A DNA stretch of 64,000 nucleotides from Octopus bimaculoides. Its lineage: Eukaryota. The stretch lies in NCBI RefSeq assembly GCF_001194135.2, contig NC_069006.1, positions 22,964,976 through 23,028,975 of the forward strand. Direction: 5' to 3'. The position numbers and the translations under genes are program-made. Under the pieces are notes generated by a model, which did not search any database, was not told the DNA's origin, and worked only from the letters and a program-made list of their open reading frames with translations. This document shows, one piece after another, positions 12,655 to 25,226 of this stretch (position 1 is the first letter of the stretch; every line of letters begins with the position of its first letter).

Positions 12655-12973
12655 NNNNNNNNNNNNNNNNNNNNNNNNNNNNNNNNNNNNNNNNNNNNNN
12701 NNNNNNNNNNNNNNNNNNNNNNNNNNNNNNNNNNNNNNNNNNNNNNNNNNNNNNNNNNNNNNNNNNNNNNNNNNNNNNNNNNNNNNNNNNNNNNNNNNNN
12801 NNNNNNNNNNNNNNNNNNNNNNNNNNNNNNNNNNNNNNNNNNNNNNNNNNNNNNNNNNNNNNNNNNNNNNNNNNNNNNNNNNNNNNNNNNNNNNNNNNNN
12901 NNNNNNNNNNNNNNNNNNNNNNNNNNNNNNNNNNNNNNNNNNNNNNNNNNNNNNNNNNNNNNNNNNNNNNNNN
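12655..12973. other. Assembly gap
   Basis: N run; further gaps at 6943-6951, 21294-21302, 26255-26656, 43938-44395; any could hide exons. Confidence 0.99.
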
Positions 12974-12998
12974 ATATATATATATATATATACACATA

Positions 12999-13037
<39 letters not shown>

Positions 13038-14525
13038 ATGTATATATATATGTGTGGGTGTGTATGTATGTATGCTTGTATGTATAAATGTCAAATATAA
13101 TTTTTAGTGTCAAATTTTGTATATACATATATGTGTTGATGCTGAAACTTTGAATATTTCCCTTGAGTACATGATTAAGTTGTTTAATAATTGAAAGTGT
13201 GTAAGTAATAACAGTTTAAAATATCAGTTTCAAATTGTGTGTGTGGGCATACATACATATATATGTATATATATATAGGTATACATATGTGTGTGTGTGT
13301 GTACTAGCATGGTGCTATCAAGAGAGATCAGATATGAAGATATGAGTGAATGACCCTGATACACTTACCTCATTCTCAGTAAAAATATATGAAAATTAGC
13401 ATTATGTGTAGCATAGTTTCTTAACATCATGTGCTGTTTTGTTTTCTTTTACTAATTACTTAATTGCACTTAACTGTTGCACATTTGGAATGTGTGTGGC
13501 TTGTTTATGAGTGGTCAGTTTATTTTCATATTTTATTAATTGAAATATCAAGTATTACAAGAGAGTAAGTGCGTGTATGTCGTGTGTCGAGTGAGAGAGT
13601 GTAAATAAAAATATATTTAAAGTAAATGAAATTAAATTTTTCCCTACTAAAAATGCAGCCGTTTAATTTATTTAAACTGCCTTTTTCACTTAATTGCTGT
13701 GATGTTAGAAATGTGGAATTGTCTTTTTTTACGCTCCATCTAACCTGCTGTTTTTTGGTAGTTTTCTAATTTCTGTCTTTCTTTGATTTAACTCTTTTTG
13801 AATCTACGTGGATGTAACTTGCTCTTTCTCTGATGTATATTCTCTTCTTTCTCTTTTTTCTCTTCACTTTGCTCTTTCTATCTCTAACATAGAAGTTTTT
13901 CTGGTAATGTTTTCGTTTTCCAAGTGACACAAGAATACTGACCTTAGAAATTTGAGGATTATTTTGATTGAAGTTTATTTTGTTTTTCATTTCAACAAAA
14001 ATATTTTTAATTTTAAATTGGCAAAACTGATTTTTTAAAAAATTTTAAACTAAAATTAATTTACACAGAAAAATATGAATTACTGAAATTTTAAGAATAT
14101 CAAAATCAAAACTTCGAAGAGAATTAAAAAAAAAATGAAATTGAGATTTGAATAAATATATGTATATATATATATATATATACATTTCATGATATATTTA
14201 TTTGAATTTCTGAATTTGTTAGAATTTAATATTCAAAATTTTTCCGAAGTCGTTAGGTGAGGAAAACCAGTTTAGTAATATGAAATTTTGAATATATAAA
14301 GCAAAAAAAGAAATTTGATAAAAACTTGAATTAAAATTTCCATTTCTGATACATATATCTCTGTTCTCCACTCAACACTTTGGTTGTGCATGTCGAAACA
14401 TCTAGTTAGCATGCTATCATCTCTTTGCATGGTGTTTTTTCAGTAGTTGCTCAACTGACTAACGTGGTAATTCTAACCAAAAGAAAGCAAAAGAGATCAA
14501 AGAACTTGACTTTGTTTACTTCCAG

Positions 14526-15032
14526 ATATATATTGTCCACAGAAAGTTGGTCGTCAACCTGCTGAACTGACATGGACTGGGCCAAATCTCGCTCACCTCA
14601 TGGTGAACAACCTGTTCCCTTGTGACGGATATGTCACCAAATGGGCGTATTATGTTGCTGTCCCCACCAAAGAGTTCGCTGCTTCCATATGGCGTCCAGT
14701 TGATGAGTTTAAATTCTATCTCTTACACAAACAACTGATGCCAGCTACAAAAGTTGGATTCAACGAATTTACCTTACCAACTCCAGTCCTTGTTGAAAAG
14801 GGAGACTTCATTGGCCTTCACTATCCAAGAGCTGCTAAACAGGGAGCAATTGGTGGGTCAACGAGTGGTCGTAGTGACACACCTGCTGCCGAGTTATACG
14901 AAGCCTATTCTGGAGAACTGTTTGAAGAACTTATGACACCTCACGCTGAATTTGACATGAAATGGCTTGGTTTCCAGAAAGGCCAAAAAACATTTTCTAT
15001 TCAAGCTATCATGGATTATACTGGCATTGAGG
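14526..15032 (+). CDS. HSPG2: Exon: 169-aa domain of unknown function between SEA and the LDLa array
   Basis: tttacttccag|AT...GAGG|gtacag; TGACTAAC branch point at about 14456-14463; 507 nt, open, phase 1-1; DIYCPQKVG...NLFPCDGYVTKWAYY...SIWRPVDEFKFYLL...LPTPVLVEKGDFIGLHYP...QAIMDYTGIE. Confidence 0.85.
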
Positions 15033-15191
15033 GTACAGTTTCTTTACTTAGATTACCTTCTAAATTGTTATCACTGTTGTTTCATTTCACGTTACCCTCC
15101 AATGATTATGATTTTACTCTTTCTTTCACTTCAAAACTTCAGAATAGTTTCATTTTTTCTTCACTTTTATCTATTTCTCTCTCTGTATGTT

Positions 15192-15256
<65 letters not shown>

Positions 15257-15289
15257 CATACATACGCACATTAGAGGCACAATCACAGC

Positions 15290-15385
15290 TGTGTAGCTGC
15301 AAAGTTTATTTTGCAATGATGTGGTCTTTAGGTTCAATCCATAATGCAACTCCTTGGACAAGTACCTTTTACTATAAGCTTAGGT
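15290..15385 (+). mobile_element. Diverged SINE head fragment
   Basis: CAGCTGTGTAG...GGTTCAATCC...GGACAAGTACCTTTTACTATA. Confidence 0.65.
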
Positions 15386-15854
15386 TGGTGTATGTTTATA
15401 GTGGCTTGGTATAAAAGTGCTTATCGTTTATGTTGTGTTCTTTTTATGTCTCATAACTTAGTACTTTGACATATATAGATCAATCAAATAAGTTCCACAC
15501 TGAAATAAGTACTGGGCTGTTACCAGCTTGATGGCAATCCAATGATTAAATCCAGTAAAAGACTGACCCATAGTTGAATGAGATTGTAATTGGAAAGGAA
15601 GGGAGTGATATATCTGTATTCAATTTCTGTTTTCAATTCTTGCATAGATTAGATAAAAAATATTAAATCAATATTGAATTGGGATTTTCAGTCAGATCTA
15701 TTTTCTCTTGCTGACTGACCCCTTACTTATTTTTTAGGTAAGGAATTTTTATTCCAGAGGAATACAAGAGTGGACAATTTTGTTGTCCAGAAATATCAAC
15801 ACACTTCACCAGTTGCAGTGTAGCCATGAGTGGTGACATCACTGTCCATATCCA

Positions 15855-15902
<48 letters not shown>

Positions 15903-17389
15903 TGTGTCTGTGTCTGTGTGTGTGCCTGCATGCACACACACTAGATTTCTTTCAATTTCTGTTTTCCTAATCCTCTTCCTTACAAAGTATTGAATCAGTC
16001 TGGGGCTATAGTAGGAGATACTTTGTGAAACTGCCATGCAGTGGTATAAAATGAAGAACCATGTGGTTCTAAAGTTAGCTTCTTCACCACACAGTTATAT
16101 GAATATTTCCTACAAAAATCATAGATGAAGAGAGAACCTAAATCAAAAGCAGAATGCTTAAAATAATTATGGATCAAAGTAACAATTAAGAGCAAACAAT
16201 AATTACTTTTAAATGTTATTGCTAGTAGTTGATTAAATTGTGGCTAAGTGTCACGATGTTATATTCTCTGTTGACTGAGCTTTTGGCTAAATGCAAGCTG
16301 TCTAAGATTCAATTTTGATTCATGGGTGTATTTCACATCAGCTGTGTTAATTTGTTTCATGAGAAATGCACTAATATCTCGCAATCTAATTATCGTTTTG
16401 TGTAAATGTGAATTGTTGTGTTTAATTAAGGAATCAATTAATTATAACAACACATTGATGAGTTTACCAAACGTGTATGAAATTTTGTACATTGTTTGAG
16501 TTTTGACTCTTATATGTGGCTGTAGCTTAGTGGTTAATGAATCAATGTCTTAAAAAGGAGGAAATGGGATCACTTCTCATCAGTCATAAAATAAATGCTT
16601 TTGAGAGAAAATCAGGGTTGTAACAGTTTTTAGGTGTACCCCCAGTAAGGCCTCAGTTCAGTGACTGAAATCAGTGAATGAATGAAATATTCTAATTAAG
16701 GATTATATGGGTTTCAGAAATGTACAGATATTGACCCAACTTTTAGGTGAATGGTTGAATACATAAATAAGTTATGTTTGTTTGAAGTGGTAACTTCTAT
16801 TTCTACATGTGAGTTTATCTTTCAGCGTAGAGTTTCATTGTTGCATATGATAAGATCTGTAATTTTTGCTGTTGGAAAAAGTTTGCTTTGTGACCACATA
16901 GCTCTGGTTTTGGTTGAACTGCGTGATACTTTAGCCAAATACCTTCTACCAAATGTCTTCTATTGTAACTTGAAACTGACCAATATCTTGTGAGCAAATT
17001 TTTATTGACAGAAACTCTATGGAAACCTATCATGTGTGTGTGTGTGTTGGCACAGGTGGTTGCATACACCAGTCTCTTTGAACAGTGTAAATTGCTCATT
17101 TTCATTGTAAGGGAAGATAACTTCGTATGAAAGGACGTAAATCAAGATTAACTTGGACATAGAGTGCAACAGGTTTACTTCCATGGCTAAAAAGCAAAAG
17201 AAAAACAAAACGACTTGGCAGTGGCACCTTAGTATGATCACAATACAATGTTGTTGTTGTTGTTGTTGTCAAAGAAAGACACCCAAATGAATGGTATGAA
17301 GTCACCAATATATTCCAATATCTGGCCCAAAATGTATTGATACCTTACTATACCTTTTTAATTCATCCTACAATGGCCTCTGCTTCTCT

Positions 17390-17590
17390 CATCAGGCAAC
17401 TCAGCCAACATGTCTGTCTGTCTTATTATTGCTCATATAATGTCAACCCTCATCAACTCTAGGCCCTGCACTAACCACTGTGTGCAGTCTTTCCCTTCCA
17501 GAATCTCAGCTATCTGGAATTCAACCCTGTCCTGTTTTTTCTACTGTCATCAACCTTCAGCTGATCAAGAGAAATATTAAATAGATCATT
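17390..17590 (+). mobile_element. Degraded CR1/L2-type LINE 3' fragment
   Basis: QSF-PSRISAIWNS...INLQLIKRNI resembles the SFFPR...WNSLP...FK terminal motif of CR1/L2 ORF2; similar relic near 33750-33930. Confidence 0.45.
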
Positions 17591-18251
17591 CTCACTACGA
17601 ATGCCAGGCCGTATCTAAACCAGTCCAACAAAAACATTTAAAAAAAAAAAGGGGTGAAGTACATTTCTCAACAACTGAAGCTAGTCTGAAAAAAGACTTG
17701 GTTTGTTGAAGTGTGTGGAATTAAATGTCCTCACTGAAACAATAAAACATTTGCAATGGATATGAACTAACAACTCATAAGGCAGCAGTTCAATATGTTA
17801 TCCAAAAGAGTTTGTTGGTGTCAATAAGTTTAATTGTTTTGATGCTTGAAGAAGTGTCATGTTTTGGAAAGACACAGTTCTTTTGACAGAATAGAAGTGT
17901 AATGGTCAGTGGAATGAGAAAAGAAGTGAATAAGTTAAAAAGTAGGGAGGGTAAAGTGAATTTGGAGGTGATTGTATTTCACTTGACTATTTCAGCTCTA
18001 CTTAACCCTGAATTCAAATGAAGAATAACAGGTTTATTGCTGTCTATTTATAATATATATTTTACTTGTATCACAACCCTGCACTATTTCACCTGTTATA
18101 TCTGGTTCCTTAATAAACCACCACCAATCAACTTTTGTCACTTCCCAGTTTCTGTTGATTGCATTCTTTGATTTTCTCTGAGTTTGAGTTAGCCCAAACT
18201 AACTGTATCACTTAAACTCACTTGCTCTTTCTCACTCTATTGACCTTTCAG

Positions 18252-18269
18252 GAATTGGCCTCAGGCGTG
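18252..18269 (+). CDS. Candidate 18-nt frame-preserving microexon (GIGLRR)
   Basis: CTAAC at 18199-18203, polypyrimidine tract, ctttcag|GAATTGGCCTCAGGCGTG|gtaaaa; phase 1-1; no expression evidence. Confidence 0.35.
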
Positions 18270-21177
18270 GTAAAAGACTCGACATGTCTTTTTTTTTTTT
18301 TTTTTTTACTTCACTGCATACTTTTTTAGTTAACTTTTTGATGCTATCTGTATTGAAACGTTAAAAGTTAAAACTAACTATCGTTTTTCATGTGGATGGA
18401 ATCTCAGAATTATTTTATTATTAAAACATTTCTGCTTTTTCTATATCAACAAGTGTATAAGTGTCTGCAGTTACTTAAAGATTTTTCTTGTCTCTACTTC
18501 AGCAAGTAAGGTGCAGTATGGCAAGTATGGAGTTCATTTTGCTGGAGAAATCTTAAGATTCAAACATGTCCAGAATTGCTTCCCATACTTGCCATCAGAT
18601 TTTAACATTGGTCAACGCATGATAATTGCTTTTCTCTAGAGATTTTTTTTTTTTTTCGACCTTTCTTACCATCAGCACACACAGTTGTTTGTTGCTATTA
18701 TACAAATCAATATGAAACTGGTCAGTAGACTATACAGATATAAATCTAATAAACTACATTATTATAAGGCTGTTTTTGTATATTATGTATATATGTGCAT
18801 GTATATCTTCATCATTCGTTCACTATCCTCTCTGTGTTGGACTTAATCTGTTCACTGGTTTAACACGACCACGACCACTACCAGTGGTTCTCAGCCATGC
18901 TTTTTTCATAGACCCCTTTGATTCCTATTTTACTTGGATGGACCTTATAGCCATATTATTAGGAATTGTATGAAGAAATTGTTAAAATATTTTGTGTGTA
19001 TTGTAGAAATATATCCAATTTATTGCACATAAATTTTAACAACAAAATTTTATGTGGACCCTAGTTGAGAATCCCTGACCCTTAGCACAGGCACTCTGTT
19101 GCAAGCATTTGGGTGAGGTCTGCAGTCTTGGAGGCCTAAAAAGATGGCAATGGGCACTGTTATTTCTTGTCTAAGTTATGTGAAAAACAAAAAAAGACCC
19201 ATAAACATTCTTTCCCTTGATATCTTCTCTCTTTTTAACAGCCTCATAAGTTTTGGAAAGCTGCCCTTTTCTTCTCCAGCTTGTAAAAGCAAGAATAACT
19301 ATTTTGTTTTGTAGTTGCCACCTTCAATGAATACTTTTTATAATCTGTGTTAAAATGAGGAAACTTGTATGCTGTCACTCACCTTGCTATCTCAGATCAC
19401 ACCTTTACATCATACTTAAAATTGTGGAATAGTCATTGTTAGGAAATCTTTCATTATAGGTATGCTTGCTTAGAGTTGATTTGGAGTTAAACAAGGAGAA
19501 AACATTCTATAATATTGTAAAGTACAGCTTCCATTATCTGTAATCTGAAGAGATGCCTATTTACAATCCTACAATAGAGATATCTTACGGTTTTCTAGTT
19601 TTATGTAATATTGACTATAACATAAGATTGTAAAATTCTTCTCTACACTTTTGAGTATATTCTCATATTTGAATCTTTTCTAGAATTGTAATCTCATGTG
19701 GGTATTTACAGTTTAGTATGTATTCTTTGGAGTTATCTTGAATTTCAGCCTTTTCCTTTTCGTTTTGTTTTTTGTGTGAGTTAGGTATGTCTAGAAATTC
19801 TCCTACAAATCAGTTTTTGGTGTGCTTTTTTATTTATTTTACTTTTTATCTATAAATAACTTTTGGATGATCTCCAGAACTTCAACTAAATTATGAGTGA
19901 TGTTGAGAAGTTAACAAATAAGAATTGTTTACAGTTAGCAACTGGCATTTGTGAAAGTTATCCAGAAATTCATTTATAGATCAGGATTATCTCAAAGTTC
20001 TCCTGTAGGTAAACCTTGAGTGTCTATTCGTTTTTCCTGCAGATACAGAATTGTTTTGGGAAGGTTTAAAATTACTTCTTGAAGTATCCTTTTGTGATTT
20101 CTGGAATTCCTCTCACATAAATGTTTTGACCAATACCTAATGAGTGGAAGTTGATAAGCTAAAGTGGACAGAAGCCTGTTTGTGAGTATCTGTGTATGTA
20201 TGCATATATCTTATGCTAATATATATATATGCAAAAGATAAATGCATCTGTGAGAAAATTGAAAATGATGCTTTGAAATAAAAATATCCTGTGTGGTATT
20301 TGTATCCTATTGAGCTACACAGACTCCCTCTTGTTACACTCTTGTTACAATCAGAAGTGTTTTGAAGTGATAGCTTATTAGAAAGCTCTAATTAACAACA
20401 GTATTTTGGACCTATTGTGATGTAAAATAAAATATTTTTTTTTTAAAATACATTTTGGGAGGTGGTCTAAGAATTTTAGTGCCATTACTTGCTATTGTTT
20501 CTCTCTTGTTATCAGTACTTACAATCTTTGGATAATCCTTTCTACTATAGGCACAAGACCTGAAATTTTGGGGGAGGGACAAATGGCTTATTTGATAATG
20601 CATCAAAGCATTGTTCCACATCCTGTCACTGGAATTTCATTGTGTCTAGAGATGGGACTCATATTGCCCAGTTCACCTCATTATCTCTGGTTAGAATTCT
20701 TTGCTACTATGCACAGCAACTTTGCAGTAAAATTGATGAACTTATTAGCTTACAGAATTCCAAGTTCAGTTCTTCTGATGGATTTGAGCCATATGAGATA
20801 TCCTAACCATGTAGTTCTACTTGTATTGCTAAGCAAGGGTAGTCTTAAAAATAATCAACTGGAATTCCTAAATTACAGCTGTTTAGATTTCAACATGTTC
20901 CAAAAGTACTTTGAATTAATGTTGAACATTATATGTTTTATATGTTTAGTATAGGTCTTATCTAAATTTTAGGAGAAAACTGTATCAAATGTTTCTTACA
21001 GGCTAATGTATATTTTTTAATATACACTCATGGTTAAAATGTTTTTGATTTCAATTTTTTGTCTACACACCCAAGATTTATCTCTCATTCAATTCTTCAT
21101 TTCATCATTGTCGAATCATTACTCTCTTTATTTTCATTTCATTACATTTCCTCTGTGTATGCACGTGTGAATGTATA

Positions 21178-21212
<35 letters not shown>

Positions 21213-21682
21213 TGTGTGCGTGCGTGCATGCATGCATGTGTGCGCATGTGTGTGTGTGCGCGTATATTTCACTCATAAAATCATTATAAATTGNNNNNNN
21301 NNNTATATATGATTACTTACTTTTGTCATTATTGTATAACTAATGTGTGTGGATTACTGTCTTTTTATGAATATATTTGTTAAAGATTATTATTTCTTCA
21401 TCATCATCATCTTTTAACGTCTGTTTTCCTGCTAAAAAATATCTTATGTTTAACTTCATTGATATTACTTTATATTTTATTGTTTTTCAATGGAGTTATC
21501 GATAATATTATTACTATTTATGCAGTGGCATATAAGGTGCAGGCAATTTTAAAACACCTTTGATTTATCATATTAATAGCTTTTGTTTAGGCCTAATTAT
21601 TACAGTCACCATTGATTTCTCTACTAATATAACACTATTAACTTTTTCTGACACATTACTCTCTCCTTTCAATCTCATCAAG

Positions 21683-21814
21683 GCCCTCACGTGCCACAGC
21701 CTGGGTCATGTTCTCCTGATGAATTCAAGTGTCGTAATGGTGCTTGTATTCAACTGAGATACTACTGTGATCATGAACTTGACTGTTCTGATGGATCTGA
21801 TGAAGAAAACTGCC
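21683..21814 (+). CDS. HSPG2: Exon: LDLa repeat 1
   Basis: catcaag|GC...TGCC|gtaagt; [44 protein letters not shown]; only the AAG acceptor is in phase; 132 nt. Confidence 0.88.
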
Positions 21815-21989
21815 GTAAGTGTCATTATGCTATCTCTCTTCATGTTGTGTGTGCATGTCACTCATTTTCACCGTGAGCATCTTCATTGTTGTCATTACCA
21901 CCACTATCATCAGTATTGTCATGATATCCACAATCATGATCATTGCAGAAATCACTGAGTGGAAATGTTATGATTTGTTTGTGGGTGTC

Positions 21990-22080
21990 ACCCAAAGTAG
22001 AAGTAGACCAGGCATGACTTGGGAGGAAGTGATGAGATTAGATCTGAGAACACTGGACCTCACAGTTAAAATGATGTAGT
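21990..22080 (+). mobile_element. Degraded RTE-type LINE ORF2 C-terminal fragment
   Basis: RSRPGMTWEEVMRLDLRTLDLT resembles the GRPRKTW...DL..LGL motif after the RT domain of RTE-clade LINEs (from memory). Confidence 0.6.
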
Positions 22081-22742
22081 ACTAGTACAACTCGGGTAAT
22101 ACTGAATTGTAGAATATCCAACTTTTTACTGTTTAGGAAAATAGGACTTACACAATGATGTCTGAGATTAACCACTGGGTAAGCACTAGTAAGCACTGTG
22201 TGTGTGTGTGCAAGCCTAAAGAAATCTAAGCTTTACTTAGGCCTGTATTCTGGGAAGCAGCTTCCCATACACCAATACATGGTCAGTCCTGACTGATGAA
22301 AACTTCAGACAATATTGATAATGATGATAAGCTGAAAGATGGCAAGCCAAGGTTTCACCCAGCAGTGGCTTGACAACAGCTGAATAGAAACTGTTTTAAC
22401 CGTTTTGTTACCATATTCCTGTTGAGCTGCTCTGTGTTTCTTTCAATTAATTTTAAATATAACAAAGAATTTAGTAAAATAACTTAGTTATCATTAAGTT
22501 AGTGTTAGGAACATAAATTTTGACTAAGGTTTGGTGGAAGATTTTAATTCAGAACTTTTGAAAACAAGACATTTGTACTTCAGAGCCAGAGTCGGTTTCA
22601 GGCAGGTTGATATCAAAAGAGTTAAGCTGTTGTAGGCATTCTGCTTTGTCTGTCTATAGAATGATATTTTTTAAAGAATGTGTCCCATACTAGTAAGTAA
22701 TGAAAAGAATTATGCATTTCATTAATGTTTTCTTTTTGACAG

Positions 22743-22853
22743 CAACTCGTTGCAGGGAAGATGAATTTAGATGTAGGAATGGAGACTGCATCCCATACAC
22801 AAAGTTCTGCAATGATGTATATGATTGTGCTGATGGAAGTGATGAGGAGTGTC
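22743..22853 (+). CDS. HSPG2: Exon: LDLa repeat 2
   Basis: ttgacag|CA...TGTC|gtaagt; TRCREDEFRCRNGDCIPYTKFCNDVYDCADGSDEEC; 111 nt, phase 1-1. Confidence 0.93.
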
Positions 22854-24414
22854 GTAAGTGTTACATTGTATTTTTTCTTAATGCTTTTCTCACTATTTGA
22901 TTATGTGTGCACCACACTCAGGGTTTTACAGTTACCAGTGAAGTAACAGAACATAACATCAGCAATTTGAGCGTTAGAAAAGCCCTCCTTTCTCATAAGA
23001 TAAAACTGCTGATTCACAACAGACAAGAGTCACATTAGACAGATTGGGTGTTGTAACAATTCTAAAACAAAAATCCTTTTGTTAGTCTGAAGATTTAAAT
23101 AAAACAAACACACACACATACATTTGTATATATGTGAGTGTATGTCATAATTTCTGCTTCTTTGACCGAGACCTTCTGAGCAAACCAGGATGATGAGACA
23201 TTTACATTCTTTGTGAGCATTACTTCCTCAGTCTCTGCTCTTTTGAAGTTTAATGGGAAAAACACATCCTTACTTGAAAGCAGGTAAAGATTAGTGACAG
23301 GTGGAATATCTGGCCAAAGAATACCACCTTCAATAAGTATCTGTCAACCCATACCAGCATTGGAAAAGACAGATGATTGAAGGACAGCACAGCAGTCTCA
23401 TAATCCAAGGCAATATGTAGTCTTTTACTGTTTTACTTGTTTTAATTGACTATGATTATGCAGAGGAAGTGCCTTGGAAAGTTTTTCTAATTGAACATAC
23501 TGACCTCTGTACTTATCTTAAAGTCTGGCACTCATTTTGTCGATTTCTATTTTATCAAAGTATTGAAGATATGGAACATAAACACAGAGAACTGTTTTTT
23601 AAGTGGTATCAATATAAAGACAGGCATAGAGAGGCAAAAACAATCAAACACACACACTCACACATGTGCACACGTGCACACACACAACACACACACACAT
23701 ACACATGTGTGTGTATGTGTGTGTGTGTGTGTGTGTATGTATATATGTATGTATGTATTGATAGTTGTATATGAATATATATAAAGGCACTTCAAAGAAG
23801 ATGTGGGAACAAAGTATGCTTTCAAATATGTTTTCCTTTCCAGTAAACTTAAGAATAAGAAAAAATCAAACTAAAATGTTTTTCCTTTCCCTTTCATTTT
23901 TTACCCACTCTCTGTCTGTCTGTTTGTCTCCGTTTTGTAATATATATCTGTGAACAACTGTGGTGCAAAGTTTCTGAGAAGATAGGAAATTCCTATTGAT
24001 TGTTTAGGTGTAGTATATTTTATAAACAAAGATAAACATTCATTGAAACAGAATGTATGATAGTCTGTACCATTCTGTTTCATTATAAAAGCTCTGTGTG
24101 TCTGTGTAGCTGTCTGAGTGTGTATGTGTGGGGGAACACCTAAAAAAATGTAAATTGTCTTTTATATGAAATGCTTTCCCATGTTAAGAAATGTCAATTC
24201 TTTGTAGCAAATGTGTTTCTTAAATAAAGATAAACATTCCTTCATTCTTTGATATTGACTGCTATACAGCTCTCTATCTGATTACACACACACACACATA
24301 TATATTTGTTGTGTGTGTATACATACACACACATACATATACAGACATGTATGTATACATGGAATACATGAATATATATATGTGTGTGTGTGTGCATATT
24401 ATGGATGTTAACCT

Positions 24415-24525
24415 TAACCATGCGGCCTTCGGTTCAGTCCCACTGCGTGGCACCTTGGTCAAATGTCTTCTACTGTTACTCTGGATTGATCAAAGCTTTG
24501 TGAGTGGTTTTGGTAGATGGAAAAC
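24415..24525 (+). mobile_element. SINE fragment
   Basis: GGTTCAGTCCCACTGCGTGGCACCTTGG...AAAGCTTTGTGAGTGG. Confidence 0.8.
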
Positions 24526-24955
24526 ATGTATGTGCAGACTCGACTTATTACCCAGTTGAGCAAGACCACCTGGTCCTTCGGATCCCTCAGCAGAGTTTAC
24601 TCCTTTGTAAGCATTCCACTCCAGTTCTCTAATCTGAGGATGACTTCTCCATGTCCTTCCACCATCTTGGAAGCCCCCCACTGATGAAGGCAAACAAATC
24701 AAAACTTCGAAGTTACTGTCAACCTTTACTTTATAAAAGTTAATAAATATTTACTCTACTAAAAAGTATTGAGCCATTTGCCAGTTTAATGTTTTCTTGT
24801 TTTTATAAATAACTTGACATAAAAACTAATATTAGTGTGTGTATATATGTATATATATATGTATACATATACATATATATAATACAAATAATAAATGAGT
24901 ATATGCATATATACGTTCATGTATGTACATACTTACATCTACCTGTATATATAGA

Positions 24956-25032
<77 letters not shown>

Positions 25033-25112
25033 TTAATGATTTTGCAGAAGATTTTGATTATTTTCCTGTTTGTTAAATTGCAATGGTACAATATTCTCTT
25101 TTTCATTTTCAG

Positions 25113-25226
25113 CTAAAACTTGTGGTGCTCATGAATTTAGGTGTAATGATGGATCTTGTATCAAAATCTCCCAGCGGTGCAATAGAAAAAATGACTGTTC
25201 TGATGGATCAGATGAAACAGGTTGCG
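25113..25226 (+). CDS. HSPG2: Exon: LDLa repeat 3
   Basis: ttttcag|CT...TGCG|gtatgt; [37 protein letters not shown]; 114 nt. Confidence 0.93.

Noticed and set aside
12490-13128. Long ORFs of YIYI/X residues, also at 26093-26710 and 43820-44420
   Set aside because: Artefacts of (AT)n microsatellites and N-gaps, which contain no stop codons.
14600-15274. 224-aa ORF as a stand-alone gene
   Set aside because: The frame extends upstream of the ATG to an acceptor at 14525, and after the donor at 15033 it decays into intronic low complexity; it is an internal exon.
21767-21958. MxVLMDLMK-type ORFs over LDLa exons (also 22761, 38540, 41116, 48905) and minus-strand ORFs at 39999 and 41228
   Set aside because: Alternative-frame or antisense shadows of the true LDLa exons.
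24550-24710. GC-rich patches with minus-strand ORFs (also 56520-56885)
   Set aside because: Probably decayed LINE or hAT-MITE relics; similarity is too weak to call by eye and there is no splice-compatible exon.
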